NCBI GenBank assembly: GCA_052055015.1
Contig: JBQJIT010000064.1
From: Malassezia furfur
Lineage: Eukaryota
DNA: 37,582 bases
Direction: 5' to 3' (one strand)
Position 1 is the first letter of the stretch; each line of letters opens with the position of its first letter. The position numbers and the translations under genes were made by a program. A model generated the notes under the pieces. That model did no database searches. It was not told the DNA's origin and saw only the letters and a program-made list of their open reading frames with translations. Of the stretch, positions 1 through 10,629 are shown piece after piece.

Positions 1-2
1 CT

Positions 3-1613
3 TGGGAGCACGTCGTCGAGGACGACGTCGACCAATACTGGGAGGCGCAGCGCGGCACGATCGCGCGCGCGCGCGACCCGCAGTTCTGCCGGCATGGCGA
101 CAAGGGCATGTGCGACTACTGCATGCCGCTGGAGCCGTACGACGCTGGGTACCACGCGTCGCACAACATCAAGCACCTGTCATTCCACGCATACCTGCGC
201 AAGCAGAACATCTCGGCGGGCGCGTCGTCTGCGTCGACGTTTGTGCCGCCGCTCGAGGAGGCGTCGTATGCCGTGCAGGTTCCGTGCCCGTCTGGGCAAC
301 ACCCGCCGTGGCCCGCGGGCGTGTGCACCAAGTGCCAGCCGTCGGCGATCACGCTGCAGCGCCAGCCATACCGGATGGTGGACCACGTCGAGTTTGCGAG
401 CCCCGCGCTGATCGAGCGCCTGCTCGACATCTGGCGCAAGACGAACGTGCAGCGCTTCGGCTTCTTGATCGGGCGGTACGCGCCGTACACCGAGGTGCCG
501 ATGGGCGTCAAGGCGGTCGTGGAGGCGATCCACGAGCCGCCGCAGCAGGGCGAGGTCGACGGCCTGTCGCTCGGCATCCCGTGGGCGGAGCAGGCGGACG
601 TGGAGCGCCTCGCGCAGCAGTGCGGCCTGCAGATCATCGGCATGGTGTACACCGACCTGGAGGCCGCGGACCCCACGCACACGGATGCGCGCAAGGCGGG
701 CCTCGTGGCGTGCAAGCGCCACATGCACAGCTTCTTCCTGTCCGGCGCCGAGGCGCTCTTTGCCGCGCAGCTCCAGTCGGCGAACCGCGCCGCGAGCCGC
801 TTCAGCCGCTCGGGGCACTTCAATAGCCGCTTCGTCACCTGCATCCTCACGGGCAACGCCGAGGGCGTCGTCGAGGTCGCCGCGTACCAGGTGAGCGAGC
901 AGGCGATGGGCATGGTCGACGCCGACATGATCGAGGCGAGCGTCGAGCCGACGACCGTGCGCGTTAAGCCGAGCGAGGGCACGCGCTACGTGCCCGAGGT
1001 CTTCTACCGCTACAAAAACGCGTACAACATCGACGTCAAGGAGAGCGCCAAGCCCACGTTCCCGGTCGAGTACCTCCTCGTGAACGTCACGCACGGCTTC
1101 CCCACCGCGCCGAACCCGCGCTTCCTCTCCGAGTCGTTCCCGATCGAGAACCGCCCGGGCGTGCACGACCAGGACATGGGCGCCGTGTGCCGCGCGCTCA
1201 CCACGCTGGACGCGGGCTCCCTGCTCCCGGGCGCCGACGCGACGCAGCACGACGCACGCACGGCGCTTGTGCGCTTCCTCAGCGACTGGCACCTCCTCGC
1301 CTTCCTGCAGCACTCGGGCGTGCTGCGCGACGACGAGATGCAGTGCGTGTGCGACGTCGCGACCTCTCATAGCACGGGCGCCCCGCTCGACGCGCTCCTC
1401 GCGACGAGCGGGTGGAGCACGCTCGTGACGATCGCCGCCGAGCACGCGGCGGCCCACGCGGCGGCCCCCGCCGAGGCTGAGGCGCCGCACGCGGACACCG
1501 TTGGCGACGGCGGCGACGGCGCGCCCGCCGAGGGCATCGCGTGTCCGCACTGCACGTTTGTCAACCCGCCGGGCGCGTCCGACTGCCAGGTGTGCGGCTT
1601 GCCTCTACACTAG
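3..1613 (+). CDS. NPL4: Nuclear protein localization protein 4 (Cdc48-Ufd1-Npl4 cofactor), 5'-truncated by the window edge
   Basis: The frame is open from base 3 (WEHVVEDDVDQYW...FCRHGDKGMCDYCMPLEPYD). It has both zf-NPL4 motifs (CxH..MCDYC; CPSGQHPPWPAGVCTKCQPSAITL), the MPN-like core (FGFLIGRY, VEAIHEPPQ, IGMVYTDL, FPIENR) and a C-terminal NZF finger (CPHCTFVN...CQVCGLP). Confidence 0.96.
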   Translation, partial: WEHVVEDDVDQYWEAQRGTIARARDPQFCRHGDKGMCDYCMPLEPYDAGYHASHNIKHLSFHAYLRKQNISAGASSASTFVPPLEEASYAVQVPCPSGQHPPWPAGVCTKCQPSAITLQRQPYRMVDHVEFASPALIERLLDIWRKTNVQRFGFLIGRYAPYTEVPMGVKAVVEAIHEPPQQGEVDGLSLGIPWAEQADVERLAQQCGLQIIGMVYTDLEAADPTHTDARKAGLVACKRHMHSFFLSGAEALFAAQLQSANRAASRFSRSGHFNSRFVTCILTGNAEGVVEVAAYQVSEQAMGMVDADMIEASVEPTTVRVKPSEGTRYVPEVFYRYKNAYNIDVKESAKPTFPVEYLLVNVTHGFPTAPNPRFLSESFPIENRPGVHDQDMGAVCRALTTLDAGSLLPGADATQHDARTALVRFLSDWHLLAFLQHSGVLRDDEMQCVCDVATSHSTGAPLDALLATSGWSTLVTIAAEHAAAHAAAPAEAEAPHADTVGDGGDGAPAEGIACPHCTFVNPPGASDCQVCGLPLH

Positions 1614-3748
1614 GCTACGGCAGGGCTCGTAGGCGACGTAGCCGCTTTTCCAGGGCGCCGGCGCACGCGGCGCTGTGCGGCCTCCTCGCGCGCCGCACGA
1701 CTCGCGGCGCGCCGTGCATTGCGCGCATGCGTAAACGTGCGCACCGCCGCGAGGCGCGCAGGGATCCGCTCAAAGCGCAGCCACTGCAGCGCGTCCAAAT
1801 CGCGCTCCACGCGGGCGGCATGCGCCGTGAGCGACGCGGCGAGCGCGGGCGCCGTCTGGGCGTGCGCCTCGGCCGCCGCACGCGCGGCGTTCGCCTCGAT
1901 CGCACGCAGCAGCAGCACGCGGTCCAAGCGCGCGCGCACCCACACGAGCTGTGTCGAGGCGCGCCGGCGCGACGCCAGCGACACCACGGGGTACACCATC
2001 TCGAGCGACACCCCCACGCTCGGCGGCACAAACGCCACACGCGCCGCCTCCTCCGCGGTGGCGACATGCGCGAGCGGCATCGCACGCAGCGGCGCATCGG
2101 CGCCGTCCGCTGCCTTCCACGCACACCGCGCCTCGTACACGGCCGCGCCCACCTCGTCCGCACTCGCGTCCAGGCCGGGCGCATCCACGTGCAGCGCACG
2201 GCACAGCAGCGCGACCTGCGCCGCGTACCGGTCCACACAGTCGTCCAGGACGTAGCGCGCCACGCTCATATAGTCGCCCCGCATGCGCCGCTCGATCTCG
2301 GTGTGCAGGTCGTGCTGCGTCGAAAAGCCCACGGGCTCGTCCGAGGACGTCATGCGCGACAGCAGCGAGCGCCGGCGCGGGACGAGCGCCGCAGCGAGAA
2401 AGAGGGTATCGGCGGCGGTGCATGCGTGCTTCAGCAGGATGCTAAACGTCTTGGCATTCGGCGGCACACTGCGCACATCGTGCGACGCCGCAGGGCGCAC
2501 CACCACACCAGCATCGGCAGCCGGGTCGGTCTCGGCACCGGCGTCCGCAGCGTCGTCGGCGGGCCCCGTCGGGAGCGCCTGCGTCATACTCTCGTACGCC
2601 GACACCATGTTGGACACGGTCGCGTGCTCGCCCAGCGCCATCAGCACCGTGTTGAGCGTCTGCGTCGTCGGCGTGCACGGCTGGACAGGCTCACCGCGGT
2701 CGGCATCGGGCGTCACAACGTCCACGCCAAAGCCGGTGCGCAGCAGCGCCAGCAGCGCGGGCAGCTGCCCGGTGATACGCAGCACGCGCGCAGCAATGTC
2801 GAGCGTCTGTGTGCTGGGACGCACCGCGCGCTGCTGCATCTCCTGGATGAGCGAGGTGGCCTCGCGCGCCGTCTGGTGTGCAAAATGCTGCACCGTCTTG
2901 ACCGCGTCGCCGTCGCCCGCTGTCGCCTGAGCGCGCTGGCGCGCGTGCGGCGTGGGGTTCAGCATGTAGCCGTACGCCTGCTTCAGCGCTTGCATCTCGC
3001 GCTGCGCGTGCGCAAACAGTCCGCGGAACAGCACATTGTACGTGTCGCAGTCCGGCGTCAGCTCGGGCTCCGACGCACACCGCGCACGCATCTCGTCGAG
3101 CAGCACCTTCATCTCGGGGAAATGGCCGCCATGCGCAAGCGCCTCGAGCGCTGTGTGGTAGTCGCTTAGGCGCACCGCGCGCGGCTCGGCGTGCATGTTC
3201 TGCAACAGCGCCTGGACGCGGCTCAGGTAGACGCGCGCGTCGGACGCCGAGAGCGGCACATGGGGCGCGGGCGGCGCAAGCTCCTGCGGCGTCGACAGGT
3301 CGAGCGGCGCATCAGATGCACCGCCATCGCGCTGCGCACGCGCACGCAGCGCACGCAGCCGCGCGCGCTCTACGAGGTAGGTGGTGTACGGCGCGGCGTG
3401 GGGAACCAGCGCTTGTAGCACCTCGCGGTGCTCGGCGGCACTCAGCATGCGCGGCACACGAACCGAGCCGTCTTTCAGCTCCTGTGGACGGTCGTGCATG
3501 GCCTCAATGTACAGTGCCCACACGCGATCGGCTGCGGTATGCTCGGAGGTGTGCAGCAGATCGAGCAGCTGCTGCGCCGGCTCGCGGTTCGCCGTGGCCG
3601 CACACGCCGGCGACGTGACAAAGGTACGGCGCTGCTTCAGTGCACCGGTGTGCGCTGGCGCCAGCGGCCGGAGCGCGCTGCGGCGCGTGCGGCTCACGCT
3701 CGCCCAGGCTCGCACGCTTCGCATTCGTAGCACGAAGAAGCGCGCCAT
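1610..3748 (-). CDS. Putative mitochondrial pentatricopeptide-repeat (PPR-like) protein
   Basis: The first true ATG of the 1610..4003 ORF is at 3748 (MARFFVLRMRSVRAWASVSRTRRSALR...), an Arg-rich, acid-free presequence-like N-terminus. PPR-type segments: PDCDTYNVLFRG, PTTQTLNTVLMAL, PNAKTFSILLKH, LSDYHTALEALAHGG. Confidence 0.72.
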   Translation of the reverse strand: MARFFVLRMRSVRAWASVSRTRRSALRPLAPAHTGALKQRRTFVTSPACAATANREPAQQLLDLLHTSEHTAADRVWALYIEAMHDRPQELKDGSVRVPRMLSAAEHREVLQALVPHAAPYTTYLVERARLRALRARAQRDGGASDAPLDLSTPQELAPPAPHVPLSASDARVYLSRVQALLQNMHAEPRAVRLSDYHTALEALAHGGHFPEMKVLLDEMRARCASEPELTPDCDTYNVLFRGLFAHAQREMQALKQAYGYMLNPTPHARQRAQATAGDGDAVKTVQHFAHQTAREATSLIQEMQQRAVRPSTQTLDIAARVLRITGQLPALLALLRTGFGVDVVTPDADRGEPVQPCTPTTQTLNTVLMALGEHATVSNMVSAYESMTQALPTGPADDAADAGAETDPAADAGVVVRPAASHDVRSVPPNAKTFSILLKHACTAADTLFLAAALVPRRRSLLSRMTSSDEPVGFSTQHDLHTEIERRMRGDYMSVARYVLDDCVDRYAAQVALLCRALHVDAPGLDASADEVGAAVYEARCAWKAADGADAPLRAMPLAHVATAEEAARVAFVPPSVGVSLEMVYPVVSLASRRRASTQLVWVRARLDRVLLLRAIEANAARAAAEAHAQTAPALAASLTAHAARVERDLDALQWLRFERIPARLAAVRTFTHARNARRAASRAAREEAAQRRVRRRPGKAATSPTSPAVA

Positions 3749-3799
3749 CGATCGCCACGTGCGATCACGTAAGCTGCCTGTGCGCGGCGCACCACCACG

Positions 3800-6700
3800 A
3801 TGGAGGACCGCGCTGCGAAGGCCGCGCGCGCGCGGAAACAGCTGCGCCGGCACCAGGAGGCGCAGCGCAAGAAGCTCGAAGAGGCCCAGGTAGAAAAGGC
3901 ACCGGAGCTGAGCGTCGCCGCAGGGCCGCCGCCAGGGCCGCGGCGCGCACAGGCACCGCCTAGCGCCGCACCACCGCACGGTGCCCCACACCCTGACACC
4001 CATGCGCCCTCCGGGGCGCCGGCGCCACCCGATGGACCGCGTACACAGGGTGCGTCAGATGTGCACGATACGCCACATGCACCACATGCCGCGTCGCCCT
4101 CTGCGCCGGCGCATACGGCCGGGACCGTGGGTACCGACCCCACACGAGCGGATGTGCCAACGTTCCCGGGATCGGCACCGACGCACGACACCGACGCGTC
4201 CACCGAGACAGCAGAGAGCCTGTTTGGCGAACCACCTACTGGCGCGTTCGATGCGCTTGCGCTCGACCTCGCGCCTTCGGCTCCGGCTGCGCCGGCTGCG
4301 CCGGCTGCGCCGGCCGCGCCGGCCAAGGACGTCGCTGGGGCACACGGGTCGGGCGCCGCTGCCCCTGCGGCCGACGAATCGACCGAATACGCCGACCACT
4401 TGTTTGGCGCAGCACCGTCCCAGTCAGTGCCCGATGTATTTGCCCCAAGTGCTCCCAAGACCACTTCGGTGTCCCACACCGTCGACGCGCACGACCCTTT
4501 TGCGGCGTCGGCACCGCAGCCGGAGCGCAACGATGTGTCCTATGGCGATACCGACGACCTGTTTGGCCCCACCTCTCACACACCCCTGCCCTCGCAGGAG
4601 CGTCGGCCATCTCCTGCACCTGCGACCGGTGCACCGCCATCGGACATGGAGCCGTTTGCTGACGACGCCGCGTATGCACCGCAGCATGAAGCAGCATCCG
4701 ACGACCGTGCGCCGCATGCCGAGGCGGATGACCTGTTTGCGCCGAGCACGCAACCATGGTTCGCTCCGCAGGATGCACAGACCGACGCTCCACACGATCC
4801 CGAGCCCTATGCGCCGCAGGGTACAGATTCTTATGCGCCGCAGGGCACAGATTCCTATGCGCCGCAGGACACGGATTCCTATGCGCCGCAGGACACGGAT
4901 GTCTATGCGCCGCAGAGCGAAGATGCCTATGCGCCGCGGGGTATCGATGCCAACGCTCCCCAGGATGTCGACGTCTATGGGCCCCAAGGCAACGATACCT
5001 ATGCCCCCCAGGACTCCGAGGCCTATGGACCGTACGACGCTGAAGGCTTTGTCCCCCAGGATGCGTATGCACCGTATGACGCCGAGGGCTACGCACCCCA
5101 GGACTCCGATCCGTATTCTCCGCCCAAGGAGGCTTCTGCGAAGGCGGATACCGACGCTCCTACCGACGAAATCGACTGGCTGACGTCGGAGCCGAGCGAT
5201 GCGCCTGACGCGGAACAGGCCTCGGACGAACCACGTGCGCCAGAGCCACACCGCGACTCGTCGGCGACGGACTCGTACGAAACCGATGCGTTGTTTGGCG
5301 CCCCGCCGGGTCCGGGCGATACGACGGGTGCGTACGATCCATTTGCCATGCCGACCGCGCCGTCTTCGACCAAGCAAGGCGCTGCGGGAGCGCAAAACGA
5401 TGCGCCGTCGGCCGCGGAACTCGAGACGTATGCACCTGCAGACGATCTCTTTGGCCCAAGTGGCACCGACTGGTATACTTCCACCGAGCCGCGTGCAGTG
5501 GAGGCGACCGCGCCGACCGACCAAGAATCGAGCGATGTCACAGATGCGGGAGCTTTTGCGCCTGCAGACTGGCTCACCGAGTCGACGCAGACGCTGGCGC
5601 CGCTGGAAGAAGAGCCTGAGGAATCACCTCATGAACACGAGGTATCTGAGGAGGCTGCCGGCACGCAGCCGGAGCCTGAAGCGGCGCCGGATGCGGCATC
5701 TGAGGCAGCCCCAGACGCGGTACCTGACCGGGCCGCCGACATGGCGCCCGAGCCAGCGCCCGAGCCAGCGCCCGAAACGGCATCCGATCCAGCACCCGAA
5801 CCGGCCCATCCGCAGAGTCCTCCCACGGACGTCTTCGAGACCGACCGGTATGCACCGCCTGCCTCTGCGTCGTCGGCCGTGGACCTCTTTGGCGCGGACG
5901 AGTCGGGCGATACTACCACACACGACCTCTTCGCAGCACAGGCCGAGGCGGAAGGCGATTCGCGGTTTACGCTGGGCGACTCGGCGTTCCTGGACGAGGC
6001 GTCACGGTCCATTACCTCGTCGTACACGGAGCAGTCGGAGGGCGATGCCGACAAGCTGCGCACTGCGCAGCGCACGATTGTCTCGCTCGAATCCGAGCGA
6101 CGCAAGCTCATGGACTCGGTACGTCACGCGACTCACACAGGCCAACGACGCGGCATCGCGCATCTCGACACTGGTTGCCACTGTGAATGCAACACAGGAG
6201 GCACTCGCTCAGGCTCAGCGCGAAAAGGAGCAGCTCTCGACGCAGTGGCAGCGCGAAAAGGAGCAACTCACCACACAACTTGCGGCACTCCAGGCGCGCA
6301 CGCGCTCGCCGGACACGTCGATGCGCGCCGAGGTCGAGACGCTGCGCGCCGAGAACCGCACGCTGCGTGCGGAGCTAGCGCACCCCTCGACGGACGCCGG
6401 CGCCGATCTGCAGGCGGCACGTGCGCACATCCGCAAGCTCGAGGCGGAGCTCACCAAGGAGGCGGCGCTGACGCACGCTGCGCAGCGCCGCATCCGTGAG
6501 CTGGAGATGGACGAGGGCACTCTGAACCGGCGCGTGGTGTCGAATCCCGTGCTGCCGAGCGGCAAGGTGCACCGGCGGAGCGCGACGGCCGCGTACGTCG
6601 CCACGCCGCGGCTTTCGACGCTGTCCGAGCAGGAACCCATGCCGCTGCGGCGGCGCGCCCCGACCGAGGACGTGCGGCGGCCGACGCGTATGCGGGACGA

Positions 6701-6959
6701 AATTACGCCCGAGCAACGCCACCGGCGGCGCGAGAGTTTGCAGATGCTGCGCGCGCGCATGGACGAGGCCGAGGGTGCGGCTGCAACGGCGCCCGTGCAG
6801 CGGCTCCCGTCGAGCACCCTGTCGATCGTCGATGCGCCCGGCGCCGTGACGAGCGCCGTGCAGGACGAACGCCGCGGCGCACGGAGCCAGACGCGCCAGT
6901 TCTCGCAGGATGCGCTGCTATTTTGTTCGTCGTGTCGGGGGGATCTGATCATTGTATAG
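3800..6959 (+). CDS. Large acidic low-complexity plus coiled-coil protein, candidate Bug1/GM130-like golgin. Exons 3800-6118, 6141-6959
   Basis: ORFs 3800..6499 and 5199..6959 join in frame through the 22-nt intron 6119-6140 (GTACGTCACGCGACTCACACAG), giving ...KLMDS|ANDAASRIS.... Basic N-terminus DRAAKAARARKQLRRHQ, heptad-like region after the intron, C-terminus FCSSCRGDLIIV. The golgin assignment is inference. Confidence 0.7.
4282..4323 (+). repeat. 9-bp coding microsatellite (GCCGGCTGC)n encoding APA repeats
   Basis: ctccggctgc gccggctgc gccggctgc gccggccgc gccggcc, read directly. Confidence 0.8.
4808..5122 (+). repeat. 24-bp coding minisatellite (YAPQ[G/D]TDS-like octapeptide): about 6 well-conserved plus about 7 degenerate units
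   Basis: TATGCGCCGCAG recurs at 4808, 4832, 4856, 4880 and 4904, with TATGCGCCGCGG at 4928. Diverged 24-nt units continue to about 5122. Confidence 0.9.
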
Positions 6960-7139
6960 GGTGTAGCGCACTATGCAATACGCCAAGCGGTACAATACAC
7001 AGGGGCTTGGGATGGAAGGAGACGACGTGCGCCTACGGCCTCGAGCCGCGCGCCGTGCATCATCCACGCTATGCATGCGTCACAGGGCAACAGGGGTCAT
7101 GTCTCGTGAGCCCGTGGGCACAGCCCACGGCTGTGCAGG

Positions 7140-7859
<720 letters not shown>

Positions 7860-8081
7860 TCAGCAAACGACCTCAAACGCCCCGTCCGCGCCTGCGTGCC
7901 TACCTCGCCAGTACGCCGGCCGAGACAGACACTAAAGCTTTTTTTTTAGGGGCGCACGCGCCCGCTGACCTCGGCCGAAACCCCGCGCGCATCGCACCTC
8001 CACCCGTGCAAATTCTAGGCGCTGCACGGCGCAACATCCACCCAGGCGCGCACGGTAGATACCACGCCGCGCTCGCACGCT

Positions 8082-8149
8082 CCATTGGCTGTGCGTCCGC
8101 GCAGACTTGGCATCGTGTGCAGATGGTTGAGTAGGCCCTAGTATATATG
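8082..8149 (+). promoter_or_regulatory. Putative TATA element (TATATAT, 8142-8148) with an upstream inverted CCAAT (ATTGG near 8084)
   Basis: The motifs are read directly in the longest divergent intergenic region, followed by a long pyrimidine-rich, ATG-free leader. Function is inferred. Confidence 0.5.
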
Positions 8150-8560
8150 GGAACGCGCCGCGCACGGGCATACTCTCCGGCCGTCTTGTGCTGGCTCCTA
8201 GCTTGCTGACCCTCTCGCTGCTAGCCTGGCGCTACAGCTTTCCTTCCCCTTTCCCAACTCTCACACACTCACTCCCTTCCCTTACCGTCGGGCTGGTCCC
8301 TGTGGTGTTTCTTTTTTTGCATCCTCCCCTTCCCTGTCTTTTCCCTGACCCCGTCGCATCGGCTTGGAACACCCAAGCTACTTCCTTGCTTCTGTTTCGT
8401 GTCCAAATTCTTTTGCTCGTCCTCCCTTTCCCCCCCTTTGCTATCCCCTTCCTTGTCTCCACTCACCTCCTCCCCCGCTCTCTGCTTCTCCCTTTTCAGC
8501 ATTGGCCGCTCTGCACGCTCCATTCGTCTGTGCGCGCATCTTTCCTAGTAATTAGGAACC

Positions 8561-9862
8561 ATGCCGTGGGCCTCGATGCTCTACAACCTCGACTTTCTTC
8601 CCGGCTCCAAATCGGCTCCGGATTTTTACGCGCCGCAATGGGACCCTTTTGCTAAGCAACCGGAACGCGTCCTCGCACCTGCGCTCATCTCTCCCGATGA
8701 GGGCGCTGAGAGCTCCGAGACCGAGTCTGGATCGGACCCCGAGACCGACAGCGACGACGGTGTTACCGAGACCCCGGCGGCCCCGGTAACCCCACCTCGT
8801 TCTACGTGTTCGCATACCAGCCAGCACACGGCGTCCCCCACCACGGAGCCCAACCTGGATGGCTCGCCCATTCAGTACACGCTTCCACAGCGTCCCGGGA
8901 TCGCCGTGACACGGAACCGCTCGTGGGCGCACCGCAGCGCCGCAGCTGTGCGGCTGTCAGCACGGCTAAGTGTGCATCGAGCACGAATTCCGGCTAATTT
9001 GACGCCCATCACCAACGATGGACTTCACCTTCCGGACCACCAGCAAACCGAGACGGTCTCGCAGAAGCCGCGTTCGGAAGATCGGATTCGTGCGGCACAG
9101 CGGCTGTTTCATGCGCTGAAACAATCGCCGCGTGCTGATGCGGCGGGCAGCGCACAGACCAAGGCGCCCCACTCAGAGGTGCGCTCGCGCGTATCGCTGC
9201 TGCACGGCCTCACTACGCAGGCGCACCGTCGGAACAGCGAGCCACAATGTGCACAGGATATGGTTTTGCACAATGCACACATGCCCCAATTTGTCCCTAC
9301 CATGCATGGGACACAGCAGTGTGTGATCGCGACACAGACCAATACTATTGCTCTTGTGATCACGCCGCCCTCACCTCGCCCTGACCATGGAGAAGGGTTT
9401 AAGCCGGACGTCACAGGCATCCGTATTTCTTCGCATCGTGCGCAAGAATCGGCTGTGCCGGTTCCTAAATCGCCGACCCTCCAGCCGCCGGCCTTTGAGC
9501 TGGCGCCGGGTCGTGCACGCCAAATTGAGCGGCGACGTCAAGAAGCCGCGGAGCGGCTCGCAACCCAACGTGCTCAGCACAATCGTGTAGGTGCCTACAC
9601 GGCGACCATTACGAAAAAGGCCCCGCTTCCTCCTGCCAAGCCTGCACAGACGAGCCCTGGTCGGCCGTTCCTGGGTCCGGTGCGACCTGCGCCGCTGCTG
9701 CCCAAAGAAACTACGCAACAACCACATCGAGTCCCAATCGTGTCGTCTGGTGCATCGCTATCTACGTGCAAGTATGTACCGCCTGGCCGTCGCCGTTGCA
9801 TGCCAGGGCAGGTCTTACATCCTCCGCTTATCGCGCGCGTAGCGCGCCCGCTGGGAGAATAG
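8561..9862 (+). CDS. Hypothetical Ser/Pro/Thr-rich, probably disordered protein (433 aa)
   Basis: Uninterrupted ORF in a lower-GC segment with ACCATG start context, and the first ATG after about 400 nt without one. No recognised domain. Confidence 0.7.
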   Translation: MPWASMLYNLDFLPGSKSAPDFYAPQWDPFAKQPERVLAPALISPDEGAESSETESGSDPETDSDDGVTETPAAPVTPPRSTCSHTSQHTASPTTEPNLDGSPIQYTLPQRPGIAVTRNRSWAHRSAAAVRLSARLSVHRARIPANLTPITNDGLHLPDHQQTETVSQKPRSEDRIRAAQRLFHALKQSPRADAAGSAQTKAPHSEVRSRVSLLHGLTTQAHRRNSEPQCAQDMVLHNAHMPQFVPTMHGTQQCVIATQTNTIALVITPPSPRPDHGEGFKPDVTGIRISSHRAQESAVPVPKSPTLQPPAFELAPGRARQIERRRQEAAERLATQRAQHNRVGAYTATITKKAPLPPAKPAQTSPGRPFLGPVRPAPLLPKETTQQPHRVPIVSSGASLSTCKYVPPGRRRCMPGQVLHPPLIARVARPLGE

Positions 9863-10053
9863 TGACGCACCTCCACTCGGCGCCCGTGCCCCGCCGCACG
9901 CCGAGGGCGTGCAGTGTATAGCAACCTCCACATAGCACTCACGTGCAAATCATCTCTTACTATACAGGATCACGTGTCACCTGTGTCACGGCTGCAGCCA
10001 CCGTCCTTCGGCTCGTGTCCTCACCACACAGCAACTTCTGTTCTAGTGTCGTC

Positions 10054-10629
10054 ATGGTGAGTAACGCAGGGGACGGGGTGTTGCTGGTCTTCGCACCTCA
10101 CTGCTTGTAACATGCCTGTGCAGTTTGTGAGATGAGAGCACAACAGACGACGTGCTTTACAGAACGACTTGGACGCGGACATGTTTGAGCATTGAACGAA
10201 GAGTGCTACCTCTGCCTCGTCCCTCCTCTTCGCGCGATGAAACATATACTAACGATGCAGCCCAAGGTTCGCACTCACGATCTCCACAACAAGTCCAAGG
10301 CGGACCTGCTTTCGCTCCTCGACGAGCTGAAGGCTGAGCTCCTCCAGCTCCGTGTCCAGAAGGTGGCTGGCGGCGGCTCGAGCAAGCTCGGCCGCATCAA
10401 CACGGTGCGCAAGAACATTGCTCGCACCCTCACGGTCATCAACCTCAAGCAGCGCGCGAGCCTGCGTGAGTTCTACAAGGGCAAGAAGTACCAGCCCCTG
10501 GACCTCCGCGCCAAGAAGACCCGCGCGCTCCGCCGCAAGCTCACCAAGCACGAGCAGAAGAAGGTTACCGAGCGCCAGCACAAGAAGAACGTGCACTTCG
10601 GCACCCGCCGCTACGTCATCAAGGCGTGA
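10054..10629 (+). CDS. RPL35: 60S ribosomal protein L35 (uL29). Exons 10054-10056 (ATG only), 10261-10629
   Basis: ATG|GTGAGT...TACTAAC...GCAG|CCC gives MPKVRTHDL...[16 protein letters not shown]...[13 protein letters not shown]...[27 protein letters not shown], the L35 signature. Intron 10057-10260 is 204 nt. Confidence 0.96.

Noticed and set aside
4808..5122. Regularly spaced repeats that could be mistaken for a CRISPR array
   Set aside because: They are contiguous in-frame coding repeats without unique spacers, in a eukaryotic gene, with no cas genes.
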